Numbered from the whole stretch's first letter, positions 12,428-25,418 are shown. The stretch is 60,407 nt of DNA, filler included, from Ionaspis alba (GCA_964255285.1; 2 parts of 2 records of this genome joined end to end with filler, not necessarily neighbours in it); one strand, 5' to 3'. Translations and numbers: made by a program. Notes: generated by a model not told the origin, from the sequence alone.

Positions 12428-15400
12428 CTACTGCACACCAAGCTCGCTGAAACTCAGTAAGACCATCCGATCAACGTCAACTAACCAATCCCTCTGGAAT
12501 ACTTCCAGTCCTCCACAGCCCACGACTGCCTGGTCTAAGTGTTGCCCAATGAATTCCTTGATATTGACTTGATGGACCGGATCGGCGAAGAGAATCTGCA
12601 ACAAGGAGTCAGCACACCGTCTCGTAGCATCATGGCAACCAGATTGCTTACAGTTCTCTTCCGTACATCCTCCGGCGAGTCAGCCTGCGACGCAAGCTCC
12701 TCCGGGTTCGAGTAAACGAGTGTATCCTTTTGCTCCCCGTCCTCATTAATCTCCACACATTCCGTCACAACATCAGTCCACACGGTCATGAGATCTTGCA
12801 GGCGACCCAGAATCCACTTATTTGGACCCAGATCGAGCAGCGAAGTTAGCGCTAGGCAGTGTAATTTCTTCACTGTCGGACTACCGATACTTTCGAAATG
12901 GGAGAACCATTCTGTCACAAGCCAGTCTATGGAAACTTCGAAGACTTCGCCACGCGTACCAGCAGTGGCGGCGATTGCGTTGATCAAGGCTGAGGGGTTG
13001 CCAACGGTAATGCGAGCGAGAATAGACAGATAGTCTGTTTCGACCACTCCGTCGATGTCGGATTGTATTCTGTTGGGGCCTGTGGTTTGATGGGCGTCGT
13101 GGGATTTTTTGAGGCCAGCCAGGAGGTGAGAGAGAAAGCCGGTGTCGATCATGACCTTCGTTATTGCTTCTATTGCGGAAGCCCCACCTAGACTACCTGC
13201 GGCTTGGATAAGAACACCGACGAGGTGCATGACAATGCCACTAGCTTCGCGCTTGAGGCTGGGAACAAGACATGTGAAGGAGGCCAGAAATTGTGTACTC
13301 TCGTTGAGCATGGCTTGTGGGGCAAGGATGAAGTAAGACTCGGTGATATCGAGGGCCTTACGAAGGCCATCAGTCGCGGTCTCAAATATCGGGAAGAGGT
13401 ATTGCGTGAGAATGAGGATGTCATGTGTTGGCTCCGAGGTTTGTACTAGAACTGCCAGCCAAAGATCTAGAGCATCTTCCAGTAGATACGGTCTAGTCTC
13501 AGAGCTTGGTTCTATAGAGCTGTGAATGAGTGGCAGAATCAAAGAGTGATATCTGACCGACTCCGCTTTCATGGCGCTGACCAAGGAGGAAAGGAGACCA
13601 AGAATTGATTGCTTTATCAGGAATTCGTCGCCGGCCTGGCTCCAAAGAGGGGGAAGGAGGGAGATGATCTGGTCCGCGATTGGACTGACCTAAGCTTTGT
13701 TAGCTTTGACCAGCTTGTGATAGGAACTATTCTTGACGAACGTTATGCTCTAACTTGACCACAATAGTAACGAGGGTTTCGAGCAGCACCAGTTTCGTTT
13801 CAGCCAGCTCAACCTCCTCAATCAGAGACATCAGTCTGCCCAGAATTGTGGATGCAAAGGGCATAAATGGTTCTGCAGTAAATTCGAAGGGTTCGACAAC
13901 ATTTTTATATTGTCTCCCAGCTGTCACCCGAACCACTTCATCATTGAGTTCGTCATTTTTGTCCAACAAATATTGGAAAATCTCGTAGATTAGAGGCCGA
14001 TTCAATCCTTTTTTCACCACTATCCATTGTCCTAAGACTATCGCAATGCGCCTGCGAAGTATGTTGTAACCGGGTTGCTGGATCTGGATCTCCGGGATGA
14101 GGGTGGACTCTAGGAATCTTCCGAAATCAAGATGCTGGTCCAGGACAGGCGCGGCCAGCCCAATAGCTGAGTAGATAGAGTCTTTCAGTAATATGTTTGT
14201 GTTGTCTGGCTCTAGGTCTCATTAGTAAAAGTCATGGACATGGAACTTATACACATACTAGCAACGGTGTAGAAGACGTTCAGAAGGGGTTGGATAAGAA
14301 GGTCCTTGTTATTGATGACTATATCTAGGAATAGTTTTTCAGCACATGAGCGTATAGAGAACTCCCAGACATCCCCTTCGCCTTCCTCCCTGCGCTCCCA
14401 TTCGCCGGGCTCTTCCTCCCACTCACGAAGGTCTCGAGGGCGGAAGACAAAGAAGCGTGTCACAAGAGTTTCCATCATTTCTCTGATCTGGGATTCAGTC
14501 AGAAGCTTATGCTTCATGACCTCAAGGGCTTGTTGCTTTTCAGCCTTGTCCTCCTCGTGCTGGTACTTGAAACTCCGGACAGGATTGTATAGCAGATGAA
14601 CGCAAGCACGTAACAACAAAAGTGCCTTCAGGCAGATCTTCTCCATATATGGCGTATCTTGATCATCAAAATCGACATTTGCGCCACCCTTGGTGGAGAC
14701 TACAGCAGTCTGGGAGCCGAAAGTCTCTCCGAAGGAAACTAGAAGGCCCCAATATGCTTTTACCAGCTCCACTGAGTCTGGCAACTGGATGAACGCCGCT
14801 GAATGCTGTCGCATCATCTGCAGGTGGAATTTCGAAATTTGGACAAGATGTTTCTCAACATGCGCGCGTACCTCCCCCTGCAAAGCGTGGCCAAGCTGCG
14901 TAACAAGGGCCAGCATTTCCCCAAAGTGTGAGCCGAGAATTCGCCAAAACTCTTGGACCTCTTTGTGTCGATTGGGAAACTCATAGCCAGCTATCACTAG
15001 CCGGCGGAGGACCCTCAGAGCCAGCAAGCTATGCTCAATATCATTCATCGCTCCGCCCTCATCATCCCCGCCATTCTTTATAAATCCCGTCCAATTTTGG
15101 ACTTTTTTGACATATACCTTGCCCAGTGTTTGGAATGTGTCAGGTGTGGCGCTCTGTAGGCTCGTCCGCGACCGTTGAAGTCTGGCCGTTGAGAGCTCTT
15201 TCACGATATAGAGCAGAATAAGTAGTGTTCGGGGAACGAATATTGGATTCGATCCTGGCCGAGCTGCCGTTTGTAGGTGCTGTGTGATAGTGGTAAATGC
15301 GTCTGGCCTGTGGTCAGTTAGTAGTTATTAGTAAAACGAGAGCCATGCTGAAATTCGCTTGAAGTAAAGCATAGACAACCAACTGGCCTTCCTACCAATC

Positions 15401-15811
15401 ATGAGGAAACTCAAATCTTGCGATCTTTGCAATGACAAGGGCATTCTGAAGCGCAAGCCGGCGGTCAGGCTCATTTATACCACTTTCTACACATCGAGAG
15501 CGAATGAGTGCTCTCTCATCTTTGCTTATGGCATATGGAGCCGTCTTTCTCCAGTACTTGTCTATCCCATTCTTCAACTGGATAGTACAGAGGTAACGAA
15601 CTTCGAGAGGTAGTGACGTGTCGATAAAAATTGACTGGAGTGAGCTGTAGAAGCCTGCCTGCTTCTCCCAGTTCTTCAACTGCTGGGTACTGGTCTTCAC
15701 CTGCTGCTGGTCATTCGATGATGCTCGTGTTAGCGTATTGAAGAGAGTCTGAGGATTCAGTGGGTTTGCTTCTGGAGGAAGCTCTATGGCTCCATAAGAG
15801 CCCATGGTCAT
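12428..15811 (-). CDS. KAP120: Importin-beta family karyopherin Kap120 / importin-11, 5 exons
   Basis: IBN_N-type N-terminus (QLKNWEK...RYLCTIQLKNGIDKYWRK...IAKIARFEFPHD^WPD), LREWEEEPGEW, SIRSCAEKLF and HEAT-like helical body. The last exon is ILFADPVH...FSELGVQ* with the stop at 12428. All introns are GT-AG. Confidence 0.92.
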
Positions 15812-16090
15812 AGCTACGGCATGAGCCGGCCACTTATAGAACCTTTTATTATGAAGCAGTCATTGCAGTGTAGAAGTCACTGGCATTCGGCAAGTTGTGC
15901 TTGGAGTATATAAGCGCATGTGTTGGAACAATCAGACAAGGATTGTTTTTAGCTTCAGCCGCCAAACAAACGCCTCACAAACGCCTCGGCTCACCAATCT
16001 GCTTTGAGTATCAATCCCCTGAAGAATCTCTTGCATTCTCTTGCCTCGAGGCATAGCCAATCTCAATTTAGTCTCTAGGATGCTTTCAGT
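15812..16090. promoter_or_regulatory. Compact bidirectional promoter KAP120/PEX2 with a CCTCGG (FarA/CTF1-type) site
   Basis: 279 bp between divergent ATGs. Tandem ACAAACGCCTC x2 (15966-15987) overlaps CCTCGG (15984-15989), and the palindrome TGCCTCGAGGCA sits at 16042-16053. Confidence 0.5.
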
Positions 16091-17558
16091 ATGACATCTG
16101 CAGATTTTGCCGCGGCTCAGCAGCGGATTATAGCTCGCCGGCAGCTTAGAGCAACAGAGGCGCGAACACGTCAAGAAGAGCAGCACAACCAGCGAGCTTC
16201 CAGCGCGCTTTCCCGTCTCCCTTTCCCTCTCAATGGCCTGGGACGAAATGGATTGGACATCTGGGATGCAATCAAAGGAAGAGAAGGAACTAGACCTGCC
16301 TTCCGTGTGGGACAAGTAGACGCGGAGCTTTTGGATGAAGAACTTCTGGAACTTCTCAGGGGCCAAGTCGGGGAAGCTCTCAAATATTTTGGTGTAGGCG
16401 ATGTGCAATCTTAGTTGATACAGCCTTCTACTGATATTGTTGAAGTCACATTTGAGAGACGATTGGTCGTCAGAAATATTGCTCGCCCTCCGAGCCGTCC
16501 TTTTCAAGCTTTCCATCTGGGACCACAATGCTTCGTATGGCGCAACGTTACAAGGTCTTCGCTATACAGATGCCCGAAACTCTGGTCCGCTTCTGAAAGA
16601 TCCCTCGCGACTGCAGAAAAGTATATATGGCTTAGTGACCGTCATTGGTCGGTATGGGTGGGATAAATGGGAGGATTGGCTAGTTGAGAAGGAAGGAGGG
16701 TATGAAGAGGTACAAATATATTTTGATCGAACTCTTTGGTCGCATGTTAACGCCCCACAGCCTTCTTCCACTGTGCGACTATTCTCCCGAATTTCGTCAC
16801 TAGCCTCGACGTCCCACTCCATAGCAGCCTTTATATCCTTCCTTGTTTTCCTTGTCAACGGTAGATATAGAACATTACTGGATCGTATTCTGCGTCTCCG
16901 CTTAGCGCCACCCACGAGTCAAGTCAGTCGTCAAGTCAGTTTTGAATATCTAAACCGGCAGCTGGTCTGGCATGCATTTACAGAGTTCCTTTTGTTCTTG
17001 CTACCCTTGGTTGGGATCAGTCGATGGAGGAGGTGGATCGCCAGGGCATGGCGGAAAACAAAGTCTTTGCTCAAGGCCGGAGTGGACGTTCAAGAGGAGG
17101 CAGAAATAAAGCAAGGCGAATTGGCTTTTCTGCCGGAGAGGACTTGTGCTATATGCTACCAAGATCAAAACCTAACTTCTACTTCCGAGAATGAAATCCT
17201 GGCGGTTACTGGTGCATCCGGAGGCGTGGTAGGATCTGCGCAGACGGATATTACAAATCCATACGAGACGATACCCTGTGGATGTATCTACTGTTTCGTT
17301 TGCATCGCAACGCGATTGGAGGTCGAGGAGGGAGATGGCTGGGTGTGCTTGAGATGTGGCGAATTGGTCAAACAGTGCAAGCCCTGGTCAGGCGATGTCC
17401 TGGAAGAAGTGTCCAGACCCAGCACTGGCAAACCTGCCAGTTTCTCTGATGACGAGGTTCAGGGCGATCTGAGGCAGGTGCATCCTCAGCAGGAAATGGA
17501 CTTCGAAGAACCTACCGATGAGGGCTACGGGAGTAAAGAGACAGACGATTTAAAGTGA
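16091..17558 (+). CDS. PEX2: Peroxin-2, peroxisomal RING-finger ubiquitin ligase subunit, 3 exons
   Basis: PAFRVGQVDAELLDEEL, SYGATLQGLRY, NGRYRTLLDRIL, RQVSFEYLNRQLVWHAFTEFLLF, and a C-terminal RING (CAIC...PCGCIYCFVC...CLRC). Introns lie at ~16393-16445 and ~16710-16760. Confidence 0.95.
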
Positions 17559-17886
17559 GGTGGTCCACTGGAACTCAAAAGACCACCAAGTGCTACCGCT
17601 ATAGCTAAGATGGGACAGCCACTATATTTGGGAGGATGAGGCTCACAGTACTTCAATCGCAAATACCTTTCTCGCTCACGTATTCCGCTAATGCATCGAA
17701 GTCCACGACATTATGTATGGCGAGATCACGACCAACGAGGAGTATAGAAAGCGCGGACTAGAAGAGTTTGACATTTGGTTATGCATTCTGCATCATCTTA
17801 AGAGTTCATCCAAGCAACCTCATTATCCTATAGAAGCTTGCCTTGGTAACGATCCAACTTGACCGTCCTAGAACAATGGTCCCTGG

Positions 17887-19555
17887 CTATTTTCGTCTTG
17901 CAACGGCGTTCGTCGTTGTTTCCGGCCCCTGCAGCATCTGCGTCACAAGCCTCAACTCCTTCTCACATGGATCCGCAGAGAACTGGACACCAAGGCCCGC
18001 ATACATCCCTCCCTTGGTCACCTTGGCCATAAAAGCCTGCTTTACGGCCCTTGCAATGCGGACCTGTTGACCGTTAGCATCGTCCTTGCTGTCTACGTAA
18101 GGCTCCCTGAGGAGAAGGAGATGAGCAGGGGAAAGTCTTACACTAGCACACACCACAGTCGCATTCCCCGTATTAAACAACCAAACATACTCAATCCCAT
18201 CCTTTCCCGCAATATTGGTGACATCCTGTCGGAAGACCTCCCTGGGGACCCTAGCAAAGATCCCCGCTCCCACAAACGTCAACCTCCTCCTCTCTTTGCC
18301 TCCACGCTCGCTCATGGCTATCGTGTCCGCATCTTGAGGCCATCCACCACCTGCTACTACATCGATCCCTGCACCATACAGGGACGCCTTCGTATAGGTC
18401 ACAGAGGATTCGTTGAGATCCAGGAACTCCGCTGCGTGAGCTGAATGCTGGAAGATAAGCGTACCGGTACGGAAGGGTGTCGCGGCAGTCAGAGAGATGG
18501 AGAGGAGGGGCCCGACTTTGATAGGCTCGGTAAGGGTGCTGAGCGTACTGGATGGAGGGAGATTGTGAACATGGATGACACGAAGTTTTGTGGTTGCTGT
18601 GATTGGAGTAGGTTTACGTGGTAGGAATTGTGATGGTGGTGGAGGACTGGGAGATGGAGAGTCCTGCTGAGCGGGCTTGGTCGCGGCAATACGTGCCCAG
18701 GTCGTGTGAGATGCTGCCTGTGTAGGCAGTGACGTGAGCGCGCTAGGTGGTGAAGGGAATCGTACGGATGGCGATGCAAGAGTGTGCAAGGGCGACACCG
18801 CGCAGCTGGAGTTGGCGGCAGCCGCTTGAGCTTCGTTCAAGCTCCTATAGAGGCCTGGAGGATAGGCGGGTGTGGGTGTTTGAGCAGGGGTGAAATGATC
18901 AGGGTTTGGAGATGTGGGTTCGGAGGCTAGGAAGTCGCCGTAGATGGTGGAGATGTCGTTGCTGACTTTTGCGAGGCGGTTGGCTGCCTCTGCGGATGTC
19001 GGACGCAGCTATAGGGTCTGTGAGTATCCGTGTTCTTTCACATGGTGGTGCGTCAGATACAGCGGACGTAGACTTACTATAGCGTGGGCTTTGTTGACGT
19101 ACTCGATAGCTTTGAGCAAATAATCTCCCACTTGATCTTGCCACTGGCTTGGAGGGAGAATGCGCCTGTTCTCTTGATTGTCTCTAGGATGACCTAGACT
19201 TGTCCGCAGATCCGTGGAGAACGTATCGCTTCCTGTACCAACTCGTTTAGATAAGATTATGTAGAGATCGTAGTAACACACCTGTTGGAGTCTCCATACC
19301 GTGCGATGTGACTGCAAAAAGTGACTGCTGATATGACCTTCCAGCCTGAAGTTGTGGCGAAAATTCCGCCAATGGATTCCATCGCCATCTAGAATCTGGT
19401 GCGGAAGGTGCTGCTTGGGTTGTTGTTGCAGCTGCAGCTGCAGCTGCAGCTACGGCCGCTCGCTGCGCTTTCTCTTCCTGTGCGCGCGCAAGCAATAAAG
19501 CAGGCAATCTAGATGGTGATCTTGATTTTTCACGAGGAGTGTTGTCAGCCATCAT
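17887..19555 (-). CDS. Fungal protein with a low-complexity N-terminus and two degenerate RRM-like domains, 4 exons
   Basis: Exons splice in frame through GT-AG introns (~19281-19233, ~19077-19010, ~18140-18064). The C-terminal half has RVIHVHNLP...LIFQHSAHAAEF, RRRLTF, WLFNTGNATVVCASVRIA and VQFSADPCE, consistent with tandem RRM folds ending in a DPC motif. A (GCAGCT)n tract at ~19428-19451 encodes poly-Ala. Confidence 0.7.
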
Positions 19556-19737
19556 GGACTTATACTGCTTCTGATGGCTTTGCAAAGGAAGACATTGATG
19601 TGGGATGAATGACGTTCTCGACTAAACACGCTAAGGGTTTGGGAGATGGATGTAAGGGTTGTAGGTATTCACGTGACTGCGATGTTGTCAACACACAGGA
19701 AATATTTTCGAGATGGGTTTTGGGAACTTTTGCCCAA

Positions 19738-19947
19738 TTGCTTAAGCGCTAAGCAGTCGTCGGCTTAACTCAGCTCTCAGTGCTAGATGTCCNNNNNNNN
19801 NNNNNNNNNNNNNNNNNNNNNNNNNNNNNNNNNNNNNNNNNNNNNNNNNNNNNNNNNNNNNNNNNNNNNNNNNNNNNNNNNNNNNNNNNNNNTTGCTTAA
19901 GCGCTAAGCAGTCGTCGGCTTAACTCAGCTCTCAGTGCTAGATGTCC
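19738..19947. other. 100-N scaffold gap flanked by an exact 55-bp duplication (assembly overlap artefact)
   Basis: 19738-19792 is identical to 19893-19947 (TTGCTTAAGCG...TAGATGTCC), with Ns at 19793-19892. Confidence 0.9.
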
Positions 19948-21410
19948 TTCCTCTGCCCGTGTCACCGCATCACGATTCTCCTCGGCCCGCCGCAAGAGAT
20001 ACGTCAGACACTCCCCGACGGTACCCCAGACCAAATACTTGTACGCTTTTGGCTTATCAAGCTCGACCATCCCCGGCTTCTCCAGACTCTGAGAGCTTCC
20101 GGCTTGGATAAGTTCGCAAGTGACATGATCCGCCATGCCCATCAATTGGCCAAACACCAAGTCTATCTTCTCTTCTTCTTTGTCGATCTGTGTCTTCCTT
20201 GCCTTCATCGCGGTTCTTACGCTTTGCAAATTATGACTTGCAAGCACGACATTTACCCTCGGAAATCCTTCTCTCCCATTCAACGGAGTCAACACCCCAT
20301 TAAATTCCCTGTTTATAAGGGCTGTCGCGATCTCGTTGTATTGTCTATCTGTTTCCTCTTTTGAGCCGCAAAAAAGATGCCTTGGATCACTTCCTAGATA
20401 AGCACCTCTCACTAATTTAACACCTAGCGTGAAGTCCCCGTCTATTGCAGCAGCGAGATGCCTCGCCAGTGTTGCAGGGGTGGAGCGGAGATATGCCTGG
20501 TAAGTGCCATAGACGAGAGCGCGGCCAGGAACCTCAGCATTGTATCGACGTTGGAACTTCATCGTCCATGCATCGATGCCAGCCTGGAGAGCATTTTGCT
20601 CTGCATCGAATGCTAGACGCACTTTCCTTGCTTTGGCAAGCTCGCAAATCTCGGTAATGGCGTCCTCCAGGATACTACTTGGAGGCAATTGGTGTGCAAG
20701 GTCATGCAAAGCTTGACTACCAGCACCGGTGAATCTGCTCGGTCCGGTTATCACTAGAACCGAGCTTGTGAGATGAGGCAAAGGACTTACTTGAGGGCAA
20801 GAAAGTCCCCCTCTCCTGCAAGTCTAACAGTGTCTAAAGTCCCTTGCCTCCAAGGGCGTACCTCGCTGGCAGCAGTTTCTTTATCTACACACACTGCTTG
20901 GATCTCTCCGCCCCGTATTACAACTTCTTTCGCATAACCAAGCATGACACCAGCACAACCAAGCTCTTTCAATCCATCTATGGTTCTCTTTACTTCGGCA
21001 GGAGTCTCTCCAGCGCAGAATTGTGTGTAGACAGTGTGCTTCAAGACATATTTGAGTATAGGATTCCGGTCTGGGTTGAGGATTGGCGACTTAGTGTAGG
21101 CAAGAGCAGCAAGGATGCTCAGAGAAGGATTGAGAAGAGAGGGGGTGGTAGATAGAAAGCTTATGAGATAGGATCGAAGCAGGGTGCCAAAGGGAAGGAG
21201 TGATAGTGGAGGCTGTGACCCTTTAATGGAAGAAATGGAAATGTTCTCTTTGGTAAGAGAGTGGGAACTTGTGGAAGTAGCATTACTGGCCACGAACCTC
21301 AAATGCTGTCCAATTGGTGGCAGGAGATGATTGTGCTTAGTGTATGCTGGGAGGCGAGTGCTCTTGCCTAAAAGCAGTAGCGGTCTGTAGCGACTCATTA
21401 CCGGAGACAT
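19897..21410 (-). CDS. PUT1: Mitochondrial proline dehydrogenase (proline oxidase), 2 exons
   Basis: Arg/Ser-rich presequence from ATG 21410. Motifs YTQFCAGET, LGYAKE, FLALK^FTGAG, FDAEQ, TYQAYL, GVKLVRGAY, ASHN, GQLMGMAD, KYLVWG and YLLRRAEEN. The intron is at ~20735-20790. Confidence 0.93.
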
Positions 21411-22324
21411 GCTACCATGTCTAATAGCAATGGGGAGGTAATAAGAGAGAGAGAGAGAGAGTATGTTCAACCTTCCGCTTGACACTCGAGATGATGCTCT
21501 AGACTTTCATTGGAGATAGCACGACCCAATGGATTTCTCCAGTACGAAAAGCTACTGCCGCCAATAGCCGTGCATGAGATAATGCAACAAAGGAGAGAGG
21601 GGTAGGAAGCGATACCGCTCATCCCTACTTGAGGACACCAGTTTCTCTCGGATGAGCAGACGACCTGCTTCCAAATGGAAATACAAGTTGAGACAAGATA
21701 CGGCACAGTGGAGGTCATGATTCGAAAGACTCTTGACATATGGAGCTTTCTATTCCTAAATTCATGCCCCTTTGGCATTGGACGGATTACGGGGCTGAAT
21801 GCCAAGCCCAGACAGGGGAAACGCTGAGTCAACCACTTTGACGTCATTTTCGTGCTTGAAGATATGCTTTTGTGGGAACTTCGTATCACAGACTGGCACT
21901 TACGAGCAACATCCCCATTCGGCGTACCTTTCTTCCTCACGGGGAAGTAGGTCGAATGCACCCATGACTCTAACGAGTCGTGAATCTTGTAGGCAAGATT
22001 TGTACACCCGTTCTGATTTCAAAACTTCTGCACAGTCATGTCGGTGCATTCAATTTGAACCAAGCAATCCTAGTGATTTTTAGCCTGCCTACGTGGTGGA
22101 ATGGGAGAACAGACTTTGTATTGGTTCTTTGCTCCTTCGAGGAGATTCTCACATGCAGCGTGTAATGTGTTATATCCAAAGGCAATGAATAATCGTTGCA
22201 AGCATTACCAATCTGATCTGTATGATGTTTATATAATCGATGTCTTTCCCATATTATCTGGAAAGTAGAACTTCTCATCTGTCCACTATTGCGCACACTA
22301 CCAATTACATCCAGCGCCTCAACC

Positions 22325-23382
22325 ATGCTTGTTCTCACAGGCAAGTCTCTATCAAATCTAACGTTTCTGCTTTTAACACCAGCTACTAGGTACCTCTGGT
22401 GGCTTGGGCAACGTTGTGATCAAGACGATACTCGCTCGGAAGCTCCTCCCACCTAGTGAACTCCGGATATCGGCGTACAGTTCCAGCTCCGTACCCGCTG
22501 AAGCTCGAGTAGCTGGGATAGAAATCCGATATGGGAATTTGAAGAAACCAGAGACACTTCTGGAGTCCTATGCCGGTGCCGAGTGTCTCTTCCTTGTCTC
22601 TTACCCATCCGCAGGAGAAGAAAGATATGAACTCCACAAGAACGCCATCGATGCTGCCAAACAAGTGGGAGTTAAACATGTCATTTACACGTCCCTGACA
22701 TTCGGTGGCCCGGATGACAAAGAGAGTGTGGCACAAGTGATGCATGCCCACACCAAGACCACGCGGTATCTCAAAGCGTCCGGTTTGACGTGGACCATTG
22801 TCCGTGAGGGATCCTATGCACACTTATGGAACAACTTTTCAGGCTTCCTACGCCTAGATGGTACCGGAGATCTTGAAGCAGTCATCCCAGAATCAGGACC
22901 CGACCATTATGTCAGCCGAGAAGATCTCGGGGAGGGAACTGCATATATTGTGGTAGACTGGGTAAGTATCACATGTGACCGACTTCGTCTCTGATATCTG
23001 TCCTCTTTTTCAAATTGATCACTAACGATCATCCCTGCAGAAAAATCATATCAACAAAACCGTCAATCTCACCGGCGCCAAACTCCTCACGGTTGCGGAG
23101 ATCCTAGACCTATACACCAAGCATACAGGTCGTCGAGCTAATCTCCGCACCTTGCCCCTCGAGGACGCCATCGCCTATCACCGCGAGCACAACAGTGTGC
23201 CACCTGAGCAGCAAGACTTCTTGCCGAACTGGGCGTCCTGGCATGTAGGTATGAAAAATGGAGAAGTGAATTATACGGATCCTACCCTGGAGAAGCTGCT
23301 CGGCAGGAAGCCGAGAGGAATTGAGGATATGATGGATGAGCTGTTTTATCAGACCACGCTTGATACGAAGGATTTTGTGTGA
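22325..23382 (+). CDS. NmrA-like / atypical SDR NAD(P)H-binding oxidoreductase, 3 exons, first intron GC-AG
   Basis: Exon 1 (ATGCTTGTTCTCACAG) joined to exon 2 at 22390 gives MLVLTGTSGGLG (Rossmann). Also HKNAIDAAKQVGVKHVIYTSL, WTIVREGSY, SREDLGEGTA and DPTLEKLLGRKP. The second intron is 22962-23040. Confidence 0.9.
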
Positions 23383-23720
23383 AGGCCTTCTCCGTGGGCT
23401 TGTAGATGCTAGTGGGTTTCAGGAGAAAGGTGACGGAGAGCTGCGGTCATTTTTCGGAGTATGATGATCAAATTGTAGTACAGTGAAAAGATGCACATTG
23501 GTCCTCCCGCTTCTGTTTTTCGAATTCCGTGGGACGTTCTCGAGGTTCTTTGATGGCCTCGACGTCTCAAGCCAGGGGAATCTTGGCACTGTAGACTCGG
23601 CTAAATCAATCTTGTCCCTGTCGCACTTAAGCCAGCAATGCATCAAAGTCTGAGGTCTCATTAAGACACAAGCGCTACTGTGATGATCAAAGGTCATTAT
23701 TGTTAACATAGTCAATTTCA

Positions 23721-25085
23721 ATGGCACTGAAACTTCTCAATCTCCCAACCGAAGTCCTCGACTCTATCGTGGATCTACTGCCCATATATGATGTGGGGAG
23801 GTACTCCCTCACCTGCAAGAGGCTCTTTGCAATCAGCGCCCGATTCATCAAGATAGACGCTGAGCGACGTATAAAATACGGCGTCCTTGCAACCTGGGAG
23901 AACGCTAAGACCCACTCGACCGATTTAATCCTAGACACAATCCTGGATCCAGACCTATCTGTGTATCCTCAGAAGCTAGTTGTGTCAAGCAGCCCTGCTA
24001 CCTGGGGACGGAGACCTGGTACATTGGAGGCAGACGAGCTGGCTATTGGTCGTACAGATCTCGCAGTGGAAGAAGCATCCAGTCTCCTCCTTCCACCGTT
24101 GGTATTCGAGCACCTACGGGAAGGGGTTCGGACACGCTACGACGACTGCGCAGTCGCTCTCGCCTTCCTACGCCTTCCTAACATCACCGAGTTCGAGCTG
24201 TTATATGACGGTCAAACCCTCCAGAGTGTCATCGATGTAGTGGAATGTACTTTCTCAAGCAAACAAGAGAGTGGAGCCATTCTACAGAAACTTACCAAGG
24301 TCGCCATCACTGGGTATCTACCAACTGGCGCAGATGTCTCGTATCTAGTTGGCACGTTCACTGCATTGCCATTAATTAGGCGTCTTGAAATGAATTATGT
24401 GTTTGTGATGGTCAGTGCCAGGCAATTGAAACACCCCTTGTCTTTTCTGTCTTCACTCACGCTGTACAAATGTATCGTCACTTGTGACATGCTTTTTAAG
24501 TTTCTCTCCGGCTTGAAGTATCTGAGGGAGATTGTTTTCACCGATGGCGATCCATCTCAGAGCAGCAATGTCGCTGTGCGGACGTGGAATCTCCTCGACA
24601 TTATTCGGAAGGCTGGCTACCATTCCTATCTCGAGTGTCTGGTGCTGGACGAAGGCGAGAGGCGGCCCAGAGCCCAAGATCCGTATATTGGGACTCTACA
24701 CGATTTCCGCAGCTTGAAGGATGTTCGCATGCCATTTCAGCATTGGAAGCGCCATAGTTTTTCCCTCACGAGAAGACACAATGGCAAATCACTGGTCAAA
24801 ACGCTTCCGCTATCTCTTCAGACGCTCTGGTTGGACTGCCATCAAAGGCCAACCGGAGAAATACTCACACCTCATATGCCAGAGTTCTGTCAAGTGATCA
24901 ACTGTATCATTATGAAAAGACCGAGTCTCTCTCACCTACACATCAACGGCTTGGACGAAATGGGTCATGTTTACTCCCAAGAACTATGTCGGATCTGTGA
25001 CCAAGCCGGTGTTATACTTCACATCGGAACGGGCGGTTCTATAGATGAAGAGACGGAGAACGAAGTCAGCGACATTGGACTTTAG
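23721..25085 (+). CDS. F-box protein with a probable LRR-like C-terminal region (454 aa, intronless)
   Basis: N-terminal LLNLPTEVLDSIVDLL...SLTCKRL F-box signature. Repeated LxxLxL segments follow (LPNITEFEL, LQKLTKVAI, LSSLTLY, LKYLREI, LECLVL, LPLSLQTLWL). Confidence 0.8.
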   Translation: MALKLLNLPTEVLDSIVDLLPIYDVGRYSLTCKRLFAISARFIKIDAERRIKYGVLATWENAKTHSTDLILDTILDPDLSVYPQKLVVSSSPATWGRRPGTLEADELAIGRTDLAVEEASSLLLPPLVFEHLREGVRTRYDDCAVALAFLRLPNITEFELLYDGQTLQSVIDVVECTFSSKQESGAILQKLTKVAITGYLPTGADVSYLVGTFTALPLIRRLEMNYVFVMVSARQLKHPLSFLSSLTLYKCIVTCDMLFKFLSGLKYLREIVFTDGDPSQSSNVAVRTWNLLDIIRKAGYHSYLECLVLDEGERRPRAQDPYIGTLHDFRSLKDVRMPFQHWKRHSFSLTRRHNGKSLVKTLPLSLQTLWLDCHQRPTGEILTPHMPEFCQVINCIIMKRPSLSHLHINGLDEMGHVYSQELCRICDQAGVILHIGTGGSIDEETENEVSDIGL

Positions 25086-25418
25086 ATATTCGCGATCTGA
25101 TTGCTTCTCTCAAACCTGGCACTACTGTTAAAGCTGGTGTCTCTGGATAACACTATGTGTTTTCTAAACCAGCCATGGCATCACACCAATTCTCGGCAAG
25201 TACCGGAAAGATCGCGTGCTCCTTCCGATATCTCTTGTCCCGAGGCTCTTCAAAAGGTGCCTGAAATTATGACGTATTTACTCCATCATTCAGGGCTCCA
25301 GTGTCACATGCTACATCTAAGGCTTCGGTCTTCAGCTAAAATCCTTCTAACCCCGTAAGATTGGTGGGTAACAACTCCGAGCCTATTATATGCTCACTTG
25401 AAGAATGCCATGCCGCAG

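Noticed and set aside
19738..19947. 55-bp direct repeat duplicating the PUT1 stop region
   Set aside because: It is an exact copy on both sides of a 100-N gap, and its length matches a common assembler k-mer. This is an overlap artefact, not a duplication or target-site repeat.
21443..21461. (GA)n microsatellite upstream of PUT1 (also ~36517-36531)
   Set aside because: Short simple repeats typical of fungal UTRs.
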